A stretch of 33,314 nucleotides of DNA from an uncultured Acidobacteriaceae bacterium (GCA_964243645.1 CAXTGE010000014.1:1-33314), one strand, 5' to 3'; positions 20,055 to 29,134 are shown, counted from the first letter of the stretch. Numbers and translations: made by a program. Notes: generated from the letters alone by a model not told the origin.

Positions 20055-21968
20055 ATGACCTCAAAACAGGACGTTTCCCGTGTTGCTGACAGAACACGAC
20101 GTCGTTTTCTTGGCGCTGCCTCCGCCGTTGGTTTGGGCACGACGCTGTTTCCAGGTGCTTTGCTTGCGCTGACGGCTGTTTCTACCGAGGCGCAGGCTGG
20201 TTCCGGGACAGCGGCTTTGCCGAAAATCACAGAGGCCATGGTGGAAGCCGCGGCGGCCATTGCAGGCATCAGTCTGACTGCAGAGCAGCGCCGCCTGATG
20301 CTCGAGGGCCTGAACAGCCAGCGCGAGGACCGCGAAGAAGTACAGAAGATGGCGCTACCGAACAGCATTGCGCCCTCGCTGGTACAGGACCCGGTGCTGC
20401 CGGGGACGGTGCTGGACACGACGAAAGTCGCGGCAAAGCTGGGTCCCGCACCGCCCGTTGCTGGAATTTCGGTGAGTAACGAGGAGCAGGTCGCCTTTGC
20501 CACGACGAGGCAGCTGGGTGCCCTGTTGCACGGAGGTCAGCTGACGTCTGTGGCACTGACCAAGCTGTATCTTGCGCGGTTGAAGCGCTATGATCCGCAG
20601 CTGCATTTTGCGATTACGCTGACCGAAAGCCGCGCGCTCGATCAGGCTGCTGCGGCCGATCGCGAGATGGCCGCCGGCAAGGTACGGAGCCCGCTGCACG
20701 GGATTCCGTGGGGTGCCAAGGATCTGCTGGCGGTGAAGGGCTACCCGACGACCTGGGGTGCCGGCCCGTATATGACGCAGAGCTTCGACTATGACGCCGA
20801 AGTGGTGAGACGCCTCGATGCAGCAGGTGCGGTTCTGGTGGCGAAGCTCACGCTGGGAGCGCTGGCGCAGGGGGATTTGTGGGGTGCGAAGCCGGGCGTG
20901 CGCACGCGCAATCCGTGGAACCGGAACCAGGGATCCAGTGGGTCGTCCGCGGGCGTGGCGAGTGCGGTGGCTGCCGGGTGCGTGGGCTTCGGGATCGGCA
21001 CGGAGACGCTGGGGTCGATCTCTTCGCCGAGCACGCGCTGCGGGTGTACGGGGTTGCGGCCGAGCTTTGGGCTGGTACCGCGGACGGGGGCCATGGCTTT
21101 GAGCTGGTCGATGGACAAGATCGGCCCGATTGCGCGCAGTGTGGAAGATGCGGCGCTGGTGCTGGAGGCGATCTACGGGCCGGACGGGCATGATCCCAGC
21201 GTGCAGCCGGCGGCCTTCAACGTGGACCTGACGATCGATGTTCGAAAGCTGCGGGTTGGGTACCTGAAGAGTGCCTTTGAGCAGCCGACGATGGAGGCAA
21301 TCAAACCGCCCAGCGAGACCCTGGCCGGGGAGGAGCTTGCGGCCTACAACCGCCGTGCCGCCGGGCGTAAGGCAGCGTTCGCGCAGGAGGTGTATGACAT
21401 CCAGTACGCGCAGAAGGCGCTGGAGGTGCTGCGGGAGATGAACGTGCGTCTACAGGCGGTTGAGTTTCCGAAGTTCCCCTACGGGTCGCTGGTACCGATG
21501 CTGGAGGCTGAAGCGGCAGCAGCCTTTGACGAGCTGACGCGCTCCGGACGGGACGCGCAGTTGGCAGGGCAGAAGCCCTATGACTGGCCGAACAGCTTTC
21601 GCACGGCCCGGCTCTATCCGGCGGTGGACTACATCAATGCGTCCAGGGCGCGGCGGCTGGCGATGGAGAAGGTGGCGGCGTTTTTCGCGGACTTCGACGT
21701 GGTGGTGACGCCCAGCGAAGGCGCCCAGCTGACGGCGACCAATCTCTGCGGACAGCCGGCAGTGATTGTGCCCAGTGGCTTTCGGGGAGCAGACGCGCCT
21801 CCACCCCCCACGACCGATCTGAATGACTACGCCAACGAGGGTGGGCCGGGGACGCCGGTGTCGCTGACGTTTCTCGCACCGTTGTACGGGGATGCGAAAG
21901 CCTGCGCGTTGGCACATGCGTATCAAACGAAGACCGGATTTCAGCTGCAGCATCCGAAGCTGGGCTGA
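20055..21968 (+). CDS. Amidase-signature family amidase with a Tat signal peptide
   Basis: TRRRFLGAASAVGLG...AQA Tat leader; PLHGIPWGAKD (catalytic Lys), TRNPWN..GSSGSSAG, GTETLGSISSP (nucleophile Ser). ATG 20055 is preferred over the ORF-track start at 19890. Confidence 0.9.
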   Translation: MTSKQDVSRVADRTRRRFLGAASAVGLGTTLFPGALLALTAVSTEAQAGSGTAALPKITEAMVEAAAAIAGISLTAEQRRLMLEGLNSQREDREEVQKMALPNSIAPSLVQDPVLPGTVLDTTKVAAKLGPAPPVAGISVSNEEQVAFATTRQLGALLHGGQLTSVALTKLYLARLKRYDPQLHFAITLTESRALDQAAAADREMAAGKVRSPLHGIPWGAKDLLAVKGYPTTWGAGPYMTQSFDYDAEVVRRLDAAGAVLVAKLTLGALAQGDLWGAKPGVRTRNPWNRNQGSSGSSAGVASAVAAGCVGFGIGTETLGSISSPSTRCGCTGLRPSFGLVPRTGAMALSWSMDKIGPIARSVEDAALVLEAIYGPDGHDPSVQPAAFNVDLTIDVRKLRVGYLKSAFEQPTMEAIKPPSETLAGEELAAYNRRAAGRKAAFAQEVYDIQYAQKALEVLREMNVRLQAVEFPKFPYGSLVPMLEAEAAAAFDELTRSGRDAQLAGQKPYDWPNSFRTARLYPAVDYINASRARRLAMEKVAAFFADFDVVVTPSEGAQLTATNLCGQPAVIVPSGFRGADAPPPPTTDLNDYANEGGPGTPVSLTFLAPLYGDAKACALAHAYQTKTGFQLQHPKLG

Positions 21969-22045
21969 AGCCCGGCTTGCGATAATGGGAAAAGGAGCGT
22001 GCTATCGCTACCATTGCCTCACCGGCGCGGCAACTAGATTCAACG

Positions 22046-23161
22046 ATGCAGAAGGTCGATTTTCTGTGCCTTGAACCGCTTCGTCTTGAACCGCTTTGCC
22101 TCCGTCCAGTGCAGCTTGTCAAGATCACGGTGTGTACCCGCCCGTTTCGTAGAGAAGGGCCGCGGATCGAGGCGGAGCGCTGTGACGACAAGCTCCTGGT
22201 GCACAACTACGGGCATGGCGGCTCCGGGTGTTCGCTGAGCTGGGGTTGTGCTGCCGAGGTGGTGCCCCTGGCAATGGGCGCGGGCGCACGCGATATAGCG
22301 GTGATCGGGTGTGGCGCGATGGGATTGACCTCCGCGATCACCCTGCAGCGTGCCGGGGCCAAGGTGACGATCTATGCCCGGGAGTTGCCGGCCGCGACGC
22401 GATCGGCACGCGCCACGGGTACATGGACGCCCGATGCACGCGTCGCCCTGGGAAGCCATGTCGATGCGGTTTTTGCGCATAGATGGGAGAGCCTGGCACG
22501 GTTCTCCTTTGCAGCGTACGGAGACCTGCTGGCATTACCGGGAAGACCCGTTGAGATGCACGACCGTTACACCTTGTCGGATCTGCCCCCGGAAGAGGCC
22601 TGGGCGAAACGGGTGGCGGAGGATCCGATCGGGTTTGCACGGCTGGAGCATCGGATCGCGAACCTGTATCCGGAGCCGGTCGATTACGGGCCGGGAGCGC
22701 ACCCGTTTTCGCCCAGCTTCTGCCGCCGCACGTCGGGATACCGTTTCAATATCGCCGAGTACTCGCGGTATCTCGAGACGGAGTTTCGTGCGCGAGGCGG
22801 CGTGCTGCAACAGGCCGACTTTCCATGCGTGGCGGACCTGCTGGCTTTGCCCGAACGCGTCATCGTCAACTGCACGGGGTATGGGGCCCGAGCGCTGCTG
22901 GGCGACGAGTCGTTGATCCCGGTACGAGGCCAGATCACCTGGTTGCCGCCTCAGCCGACGCTTCCCTACAGCATCGTCTGGGGCGATTTGAACCTGGTGC
23001 CCAGAGCCGATGGAACCGTGGTGCAGTGGGGTGCTCAGGGAGACGGCACAGGGTGGAAAGATGCCGGGGAAGAGCTGGACACGGCCGAGGCGGAGAGTGC
23101 TCTGGCCAAGGCGGCAGGCCTCTACCCTGGCGCAGAGAGAGGCCCTTCGATACAGGCTTGA
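22046..23161 (+). CDS. FAD-dependent D-amino acid oxidase-family enzyme, circularly permuted
   Basis: CTRPFR...HNYGHGGSG.SLSWG, normally C-terminal in DAAO, precedes the Rossmann motif IAVIGCGAMG...VTIYARE. VIVNCTGYGA and PVRGQ come later. Confidence 0.85.
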   Translation: MQKVDFLCLEPLRLEPLCLRPVQLVKITVCTRPFRREGPRIEAERCDDKLLVHNYGHGGSGCSLSWGCAAEVVPLAMGAGARDIAVIGCGAMGLTSAITLQRAGAKVTIYARELPAATRSARATGTWTPDARVALGSHVDAVFAHRWESLARFSFAAYGDLLALPGRPVEMHDRYTLSDLPPEEAWAKRVAEDPIGFARLEHRIANLYPEPVDYGPGAHPFSPSFCRRTSGYRFNIAEYSRYLETEFRARGGVLQQADFPCVADLLALPERVIVNCTGYGARALLGDESLIPVRGQITWLPPQPTLPYSIVWGDLNLVPRADGTVVQWGAQGDGTGWKDAGEELDTAEAESALAKAAGLYPGAERGPSIQA

Positions 23162-23231
23162 GGGAGACGCCCGGCCTCAGGTGATGCCAGGAACACGCCT
23201 TGCCCTAAAGGCTTTGCCTCACCAACCCGCT

Positions 23232-24404
23232 TCAGGGCTGCGACTTCTTTTTCTTGTTCCGCGTGTCCGAGGTGAAGTGGTTGAAGAAGAATTCCTGAAC
23301 GATATCGTTCATGGCGTCTCCCGCGATCGCGAGGATGCTGTTCTCCAGGAACACGGTCCCTCCCTGGCGATCGGACGCGGGGTAATACAGGTTGGAGATC
23401 GCGCCCGCGGAGATATCGCCCAGAACCCCGGCGTAGTTGGGTTGATCTTTTCCGTTATCGCCGCGCGTGATGACGGACCGTGAGAGGGCATAGAGCAGCC
23501 GCGCCCGCTTCGTCCCCGTGCCCTTGTAGAAGTAGCGTGGGTCCTGATGAAAGAGCGAAGGCAGCACGGCACCGCCCATGTAGGTGCCCACCACTAGATT
23601 GCCGAGATCGGCACCATACCGCTGACCGTACCCTTTAAGCCCCTGACCGTAACCGGGAAAGGCGTTGCTGGCCTGTTGCACACCGGACACCACGCCTACC
23701 AGCACCAGATTGCCGGGATCCAGCACATTGTGCGTGGAGAGGGTGAACTTCTGGCGCGTCGTGAGCGGAGGGGCGATCCAGTTGTAGCTGACAAAGAAGT
23801 TGGGCAGTACCCCGATCAGGCGCTGGTGCTCCTCGGTGTGCAGCTGTTCCAGGGCCAGTTGCTCCGGGGTGAGGGCGTCGACACTGATGCTCACGGTCGC
23901 GAGAGATAGCCGGATGGGCGGCAGATACAGCGTCTGGCCAGGCTGGAGATTGACGGCCTGCGATACCGCCCTGAATCCCGGCAGACCGATGTCCAGTGTG
24001 TAGGGTCCGGATGCCAGATCGGACAAGAGAAACTGCCCTCCGGCATCCGAACTGGTTTTTCTTTCCGTTTTCCCCGCAGCAGAGGTCAGCGTGATCTGTG
24101 CGCCCGAAATCGTGGCTCCGTCGTCACTTAGAATCTGGCCCGTCAGGCGAGCGGGAGCCGTCGTCTGCCCGGGTGTTCTGGGGGCAGAGGCTTGCGGAAG
24201 GGGTGCCGACGGCAGCTCCTGCGCTTTGGTCGCAACAGGGCGTAAAAGACAGAACGTGAACGCACAGATGAAGGAACGCCGACGTGGACGGAGCAAGGAG
24301 GCAGGGCCGCGCCGTGTGGATAGCACCTGTTCAGGACACTTGGCGGGACGCCCATAGGCCGGGCGGCGTGGCTTTGCGGCAAGCTCGGGAATGGGGGGCT
24401 TCAA
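23232..24404 (-). CDS. Secreted protein with a carboxypeptidase-regulatory-like (CarboxypepD_reg) domain and an uncharacterised C-terminal domain; real start probably downstream of 24404
   Basis: LTGQILSDDGATISGAQITLT...SDAGGQF...GPYTL...PGF (Cna-B-like fold). C-domain has QRLIGVLPNFF, PLTTRQKF, YGQRYG, LFHQDPRYF, SNLYYP. Signal-like RRRSFICAFTFCLL..ATKAQ. Confidence 0.75.
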   Translation of the reverse strand: MKPPIPELAAKPRRPAYGRPAKCPEQVLSTRRGPASLLRPRRRSFICAFTFCLLRPVATKAQELPSAPLPQASAPRTPGQTTAPARLTGQILSDDGATISGAQITLTSAAGKTERKTSSDAGGQFLLSDLASGPYTLDIGLPGFRAVSQAVNLQPGQTLYLPPIRLSLATVSISVDALTPEQLALEQLHTEEHQRLIGVLPNFFVSYNWIAPPLTTRQKFTLSTHNVLDPGNLVLVGVVSGVQQASNAFPGYGQGLKGYGQRYGADLGNLVVGTYMGGAVLPSLFHQDPRYFYKGTGTKRARLLYALSRSVITRGDNGKDQPNYAGVLGDISAGAISNLYYPASDRQGGTVFLENSILAIAGDAMNDIVQEFFFNHFTSDTRNKKKKSQP

Positions 24405-24410
24405 GGGGCG

Positions 24411-24938
24411 TCAGCCGCCGTAACCGCCGTTGGCATTCTCTTCCTCTGCCGTGAGGGGCCTGCCACCGGCAAGTTCCTTTTTCACCAGTTCGCTCACGGT
24501 TTTGGTGTCTACGAACAGGCCACTGGCCATGATGCGCTGCTGCACCACCCGCATGGTGGGGCCCATGTCCTTGGGACCCGGCCGCTGGCCTCCGTTTCCG
24601 GCGGCCACATGTTGAATTGCACCCAGAATGATGGGACGAATGTCATCGTCCTTGGCCTGCTGCGGCAGGTACAGCTCGATGTAGCCGATCTCCATGCGTT
24701 CTTTTTCGGCGAGCTCGGGACGACCGCCCTTGGTGAACTGTTCCGCGGAGTCGCGGCGCTGCTTGATCAGCGTCCCGAGCACGGCCTGCTCCTCTTGTTC
24801 GGTCAGCGGCTCGCGCTTGTCGATCTGCTTGGACTTGAGTGCGGCCTTGACCATGCGCAGGGTCGTCAGTTTGGCTTCAGAGCGCGCTTTCATCGAGGTG
24901 ATGATGTCGGTTTCGAGGCGGTCCGCGATCGCAGGCAT
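24411..24938 (-). CDS. GatB/YqeY domain protein
   Basis: SMKAR...LTTLRMVKAAL...IKQRRDSAEQFTKGGRPELAEKE..EI..IELYLPQQ...KDMG. Start at ATG 24938 with a GGAG SD, not 25148. Confidence 0.92.
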   Translation of the reverse strand: MPAIADRLETDIITSMKARSEAKLTTLRMVKAALKSKQIDKREPLTEQEEQAVLGTLIKQRRDSAEQFTKGGRPELAEKERMEIGYIELYLPQQAKDDDIRPIILGAIQHVAAGNGGQRPGPKDMGPTMRVVQQRIMASGLFVDTKTVSELVKKELAGGRPLTAEEENANGGYGG

Positions 24939-25080
24939 GGGCAAACTCCAGTCTGTACAGAGTACAGTGCGTGCGCGAGTTGCGGTGCGCCCCGGCGGCG
25001 TGAGGCTGTAAGGGATCTCATGCGCGAGACTCGGGTGGAGCGAGGGAATTGTGCCGCTTGCCTCGATAGAATAGGGGCAT

Positions 25081-26274
25081 ATGATCCGGAAGACGCGTCT
25101 CTTCACGCCTGGCCCAACCCCCCTGCTTCCAGCCGCGCAGTTCGCCATGGCGGCTGCCGATATTCACCATCGGACTCCCGAGTTCAGGGCGCTGTTTAAA
25201 CGCGTTCTGGAACAGCTCAAGGTCTTCGTTGGTACGGAGAACGATGTGGTCGTCCTGTCGAGCTCCGGCACCGGCGCCATGGAAGCCGCCGTTTCCAACC
25301 TGACCTCGCCGGGTGATCGTGTGCTGGTGCTCTCGGCCGGCAAGTTCGGCGAGCGTTGGGTGGCGCTGGCCAAGGCGTTCGGTTGTTCCGTGGATGTCGT
25401 CTCCAAGCCCTACGGCGATACGTTCACCATCGAGGACATCGAGAAAGAGTTGCGGCTGGAGACGCGTGCCGTGTTTGTGCAGGCCAATGAGACCTCCACG
25501 GGCACACGGCATGACATCCAGGCGATTGCGCAGCTGCTGAAGGATGAACACTCCGAGGCGCTGCTGATTGTGGATGCCATCACCGGGCTGGGTACAACGC
25601 ACCTGGACATGGATGCCTGGGGCGTGGATGTGCTGATCGGCGGCTCGCAGAAGGCGGTCATGATTCCGCCGGGCCTGAGCTACTTGGCAGTGAGCGAGCG
25701 CGCGTGGCATCGCATGGAAGCGACCTACAATCCGCGCTACTACTTCGATTTGCGCAAGGAACGCAAGAACGCCAAAAACGGCGAGAGTGCCTATACGCCC
25801 GCGGTGGCCTTGATCGCGGCGCTTGGGGCGTCGCTGGACTGGATCGCCGCGCAGGCCGCCACGCCGGACAATCCTGCAGGCGATCTCGCGCAGGGGCGGA
25901 ATATGCTCATCGACAATGCGGAGCTGATTGCGAGCATGACCCGTGCGGCGATGCTGAGGATGGGACTGACCCTGTTCTCGCAGGCGGCAGGCGCGGCCGC
26001 AACGGCAGTCAACGCTCCCGAAGGTGTGGACTCCGGGATCATCTGCAAGGGCCTGAAAAGCCGTTTTGGCGCCATCATCACCAACGGCCAGGGCGAGATG
26101 CAGGGCAAGATCTTCCGCATCGCGCATCTGGGGTTTTTCGATTACATGGACACTGTGGCTCTTATTGCGGCACTGGAGCAGGTGATTGTCAAAAGTCTCC
26201 CGCAGCTTGGCGTCAAGTTCGGCACCGGCCTGATTGCGGCGCAGGAGATCTATGCGGAGCGCACCAACCGGTAG
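25081..26274 (+). CDS. PLP-dependent class V aminotransferase (alanine-glyoxylate/serine-pyruvate type)
   Basis: LFTPGPT, HHRTPEF, SGTGAMEAA, GKFGERW, NETSTG, VDAIT, GGSQKA (PLP Lys)..PPGL, YTP, FRIAHLG. Confidence 0.95.
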   Translation: MIRKTRLFTPGPTPLLPAAQFAMAAADIHHRTPEFRALFKRVLEQLKVFVGTENDVVVLSSSGTGAMEAAVSNLTSPGDRVLVLSAGKFGERWVALAKAFGCSVDVVSKPYGDTFTIEDIEKELRLETRAVFVQANETSTGTRHDIQAIAQLLKDEHSEALLIVDAITGLGTTHLDMDAWGVDVLIGGSQKAVMIPPGLSYLAVSERAWHRMEATYNPRYYFDLRKERKNAKNGESAYTPAVALIAALGASLDWIAAQAATPDNPAGDLAQGRNMLIDNAELIASMTRAAMLRMGLTLFSQAAGAAATAVNAPEGVDSGIICKGLKSRFGAIITNGQGEMQGKIFRIAHLGFFDYMDTVALIAALEQVIVKSLPQLGVKFGTGLIAAQEIYAERTNR

Positions 26275-26308
26275 CCCGAGTCACTGAGTCAGTGCCCCTA
26301 CGCAATAG

Positions 26309-26340
26309 AAGAGGCAGACCTTCGGGTCTGCCTCTTTCTC
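26309..26340 (+). terminator. Intrinsic terminator after the aminotransferase
   Basis: AAGAGGCAGACC-TTCG-GGTCTGCCTCTT (cUUCGg tetraloop) followed by a pyrimidine tract. Confidence 0.85.
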
Positions 26341-26361
26341 TTGCGATGTAGCACGCCTCTG

Positions 26362-26453
26362 AAGGTTGCAGCGAGAGGTAACCGGAACGAGATGACCAGG
26401 GAGATTACCGTGGGATTCTTTCCCGCCTCGCACTGAACGATAACGACTGGAGC
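26362..26453 (+). promoter_or_regulatory. Conserved upstream module, copy 1 (palindrome plus putative alternative-sigma promoter)
   Basis: GGTTGC-N8-GTAACC (26364-26383), GGGAT (26412) and CTGAACGATAACG (26433-26445). The same elements recur upstream of the paralog. Confidence 0.6.
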
Positions 26454-26589
26454 CCGCACTTTCTTTTGCGCGAGATTGCGCGATCGAAGCTGCGAAGGCT
26501 TGGCAGAAGGTCACTGTCGCCGGATCTGCCGGCGCAGGCGGTGACGCTCGCCATGTCGCAATCGCTTCAGGACTTACGAGGTGCTCTTT

Positions 26590-28800
26590 ATGCTTTTCCG
26601 TGCGCGCACAATAGCCCGAACAGCTTGTGGCTTCTTCTCTGCAGCAGGTCTGCTGCTGCTTACCGGTTGCGGGGCTGGTATTCTCGCCGGACCGTCGCCG
26701 ACGCCGGGTTTCAAGATCACGGGCAATGTTCATGGGGGCGCGTGGCCTATCCAGGGCGCGACCATCCGGCTGATGGAAACCAGCTCCAACGGCACCTGGA
26801 ACACAACTACCAACTCGTACAGCGGCACCGCAATGCAGCTGTTGCAGACTACCTCTGACAGCTCAGGATATTTCACCTTTCCGGATACCGGCTGGGCCTG
26901 CGACGCAGGGCAGTACGCCTACGTTACCGTGACCGGCGGCCATACCGCGACGCTCAACAACAACAATGTCGTGCAGGTTGGCGTGATCGGGAGCTGCGCG
27001 GCAAACCTGGCGACCACGACAGAGATCGACAACGTGAATGTGTACATCTCCGAATTGAGCACGATTGCTGCGGCGTATGCGCTGGGCAACTTTATCTCGA
27101 TCGACAACACCAACGCGGCCAGCGGTCAGCAGATCGTCAACATCACGGCACCGGCGAACAACAACAGTGGCACCCCGGGCTGCACGGGCACCGGTCTTAC
27201 CGGACTCAATCCGCTCACATGTGTACATGCAGGGCTTGCGCACGCCTTTCAAAACGCCTACAACCTGGTGGACCAGGTGACGTTCGGCACCGGGCAATTT
27301 CCGACCGGCGCTGCACGGACGACACTGCCGAAGAATGCCCAGGCATCCGTGCCCCAGGCGCTGATCAACACAATGGGCAACATCCTGCAGAGCTGTGTGG
27401 ATTCGGGCGGTGGCAGTGTCCTGGACATCACCACCTACATTCCAGGCGATACCGGCAGTTCACGCTGTGGAGACCTGTTCTACTGGGCGACGCCGCCAAG
27501 CGGGACGATCGCGCCGACGAACACTCTGCAGGTGGCGCTCAACATGGCGCGATACCCCACCAACAACGTCGACGCCTTGTTCAAACTGCAGCCCCGCGCG
27601 GTCTTCTTCACGCCGGACATGACGTACGACACGTTAAGCTCTGACAATTTGACACTGATGTCTTACACCCTGTCCATCTTCTACGTCGGGACCGGCTTGC
27701 CGAACGACACCGGCATGCCCTATCCCGTCGATGTGGCGCTCGATGAGAACGACAACGCCTATGTGGCCTACAGCGGTGCCAACACCGGTCAGAGCTACGG
27801 CGCGGTGAATGAGTTCGGACCGGATGGTACGGGCGTCTTTGCAGGCGCGCACCAGACGACCCTTTCCAACCCTGGATCTCTTGCACTGGACTCGAATGGA
27901 TACGCGTGGCTGTCCAATGACTCCCCCACGAATGGGAACGTGTACCAGATCAAGACACCGGGCTCAGGCGGAATCTATGGCTCCCTCGGTACCACGCTGA
28001 CGGTGCCGAACGGTTACGCGGCAGGCGTGGCGACGGACATGTCCAACAATGTCTGGACAGCGAGGGACACAGTCGCGAATCAGTCGCTCTTCCGCTTCGA
28101 ATCGGGCAACAGCTATGCAGCCAGCCCATTTACGGTGGCTCCGGCCCTGGGTATGAGTTCCAAGCGGCTCTTCGTCGATTACCGGCAGAACGTGCTCGGG
28201 GTAAGCAGCAGCACCGACGTTTTGGGAACTCTGCTGAATACTAATGCCGCGCAGGTCTGGCTCTTTCCTTATGCTGCGGACGGCGTCGCCACCACCGTAC
28301 ATACGGCTTCATTGAATGCCTCGAACGCCTACGGGCTGGCAATGAGCAACACCGACGTGACCTACGTGCCCCTCAGCCAGGAGCTTGACACCGAGACGGG
28401 CTACAACACCGGACAGATGGCTTCAAATGGTGCAGGATCTTATTCGGGGCTCTCCAGCACAGGGTCAACGTATTCCACCCCGATGGGCGTTGCCATGGAT
28501 GGTGCCGGCCAGTTGTTCTGGTCGGACTTCGAGGCCGCAGGCCAGATCTTCTGGATGCAGCCGACGGATACCACGTCCGTGAACACAGGGAACCTGATCT
28601 CTTTCTTTCCATGCTCCCCAGTGGGTGGGCAATGCTCCGGCGGGGCCTCGTCTTACCTGCGCGGTATGGCGATCGACAGCACGGGCGCGCTCTGGTATCT
28701 GGGCGACAGCACGACAGGCGCTGTCATCCAGACCCTTGGTCTTGCTGCACCGACGTACCCGCTTCTGTCCTATGCACGCGGCGGCGTCGTCATCCAGTAG
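26590..28800 (+). CDS. Large secreted lipoprotein with C-terminal NHL-like beta-propeller repeats, paralog 1
   Basis: Lipobox LLLTG-C; GNVHGG..PIQGA.I.L N-domain; repeated xAxDxxGxxW units (VALDENDNAY, LALDSNGYAW, VATDMSNNVW, VAMDGAGQLFW, MAIDSTGALW). ATG 26590 has a GAGG SD. Confidence 0.8.
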   Translation: MLFRARTIARTACGFFSAAGLLLLTGCGAGILAGPSPTPGFKITGNVHGGAWPIQGATIRLMETSSNGTWNTTTNSYSGTAMQLLQTTSDSSGYFTFPDTGWACDAGQYAYVTVTGGHTATLNNNNVVQVGVIGSCAANLATTTEIDNVNVYISELSTIAAAYALGNFISIDNTNAASGQQIVNITAPANNNSGTPGCTGTGLTGLNPLTCVHAGLAHAFQNAYNLVDQVTFGTGQFPTGAARTTLPKNAQASVPQALINTMGNILQSCVDSGGGSVLDITTYIPGDTGSSRCGDLFYWATPPSGTIAPTNTLQVALNMARYPTNNVDALFKLQPRAVFFTPDMTYDTLSSDNLTLMSYTLSIFYVGTGLPNDTGMPYPVDVALDENDNAYVAYSGANTGQSYGAVNEFGPDGTGVFAGAHQTTLSNPGSLALDSNGYAWLSNDSPTNGNVYQIKTPGSGGIYGSLGTTLTVPNGYAAGVATDMSNNVWTARDTVANQSLFRFESGNSYAASPFTVAPALGMSSKRLFVDYRQNVLGVSSSTDVLGTLLNTNAAQVWLFPYAADGVATTVHTASLNASNAYGLAMSNTDVTYVPLSQELDTETGYNTGQMASNGAGSYSGLSSTGSTYSTPMGVAMDGAGQLFWSDFEAAGQIFWMQPTDTTSVNTGNLISFFPCSPVGGQCSGGASSYLRGMAIDSTGALWYLGDSTTGAVIQTLGLAAPTYPLLSYARGGVVIQ

Positions 28801-28823
28801 AAGCAACGCACATCAGTCACACC

Positions 28824-28872
28824 ACGATGGGGAGGGACAGGTTGTCCTTCCCCCATCGTCGTGTCTTCCTTC
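28824..28872 (+). terminator. Terminator-like hairpin after lipoprotein 1
   Basis: ACGATGGGGAGGGACA-GGT-TGTCCTTCCCCCATCGT with a weak pyrimidine tail. Confidence 0.6.
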
Positions 28873-28907
28873 CAGGGGACTCCCTGTTGTGGGGAACGCC
28901 CTGCGCA

Positions 28908-28999
28908 AAGGTTGCATCCGGTGGTGACCAGAAACGGCGGAAGCAGGCGCAAGGGAGGGATACCCTCGCGTGGCGTTCTGAACGATAACGGTCTGGAGC
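28908..28999 (+). promoter_or_regulatory. Conserved upstream module, copy 2
   Basis: GGTTGC-N8-GTGACC (28910-28929), GGGAT (28957) and CTGAACGATAACG (28978-28990). Confidence 0.6.
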
Positions 29000-29134
29000 T
29001 TAGAACACAAAAGCAAAGACGCATGGAAGGTTTGCCCTGGGCGAAACGCAGGGCAGAGGTCGAAGGACCAGACCTGTTCCGCTTTGCTACATAGAGAAGC
29101 CTGGGCTAGCTCACCTCAAGGGGACGATATAGTT

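Noticed and set aside
20055-24938. gatA/gatB-type tRNA amidotransferase locus (amidase plus GatB/YqeY)
   Set aside because: The amidase has a Tat leader and there is no gatC or gatB. YqeY is a stand-alone domain on the opposite strand.
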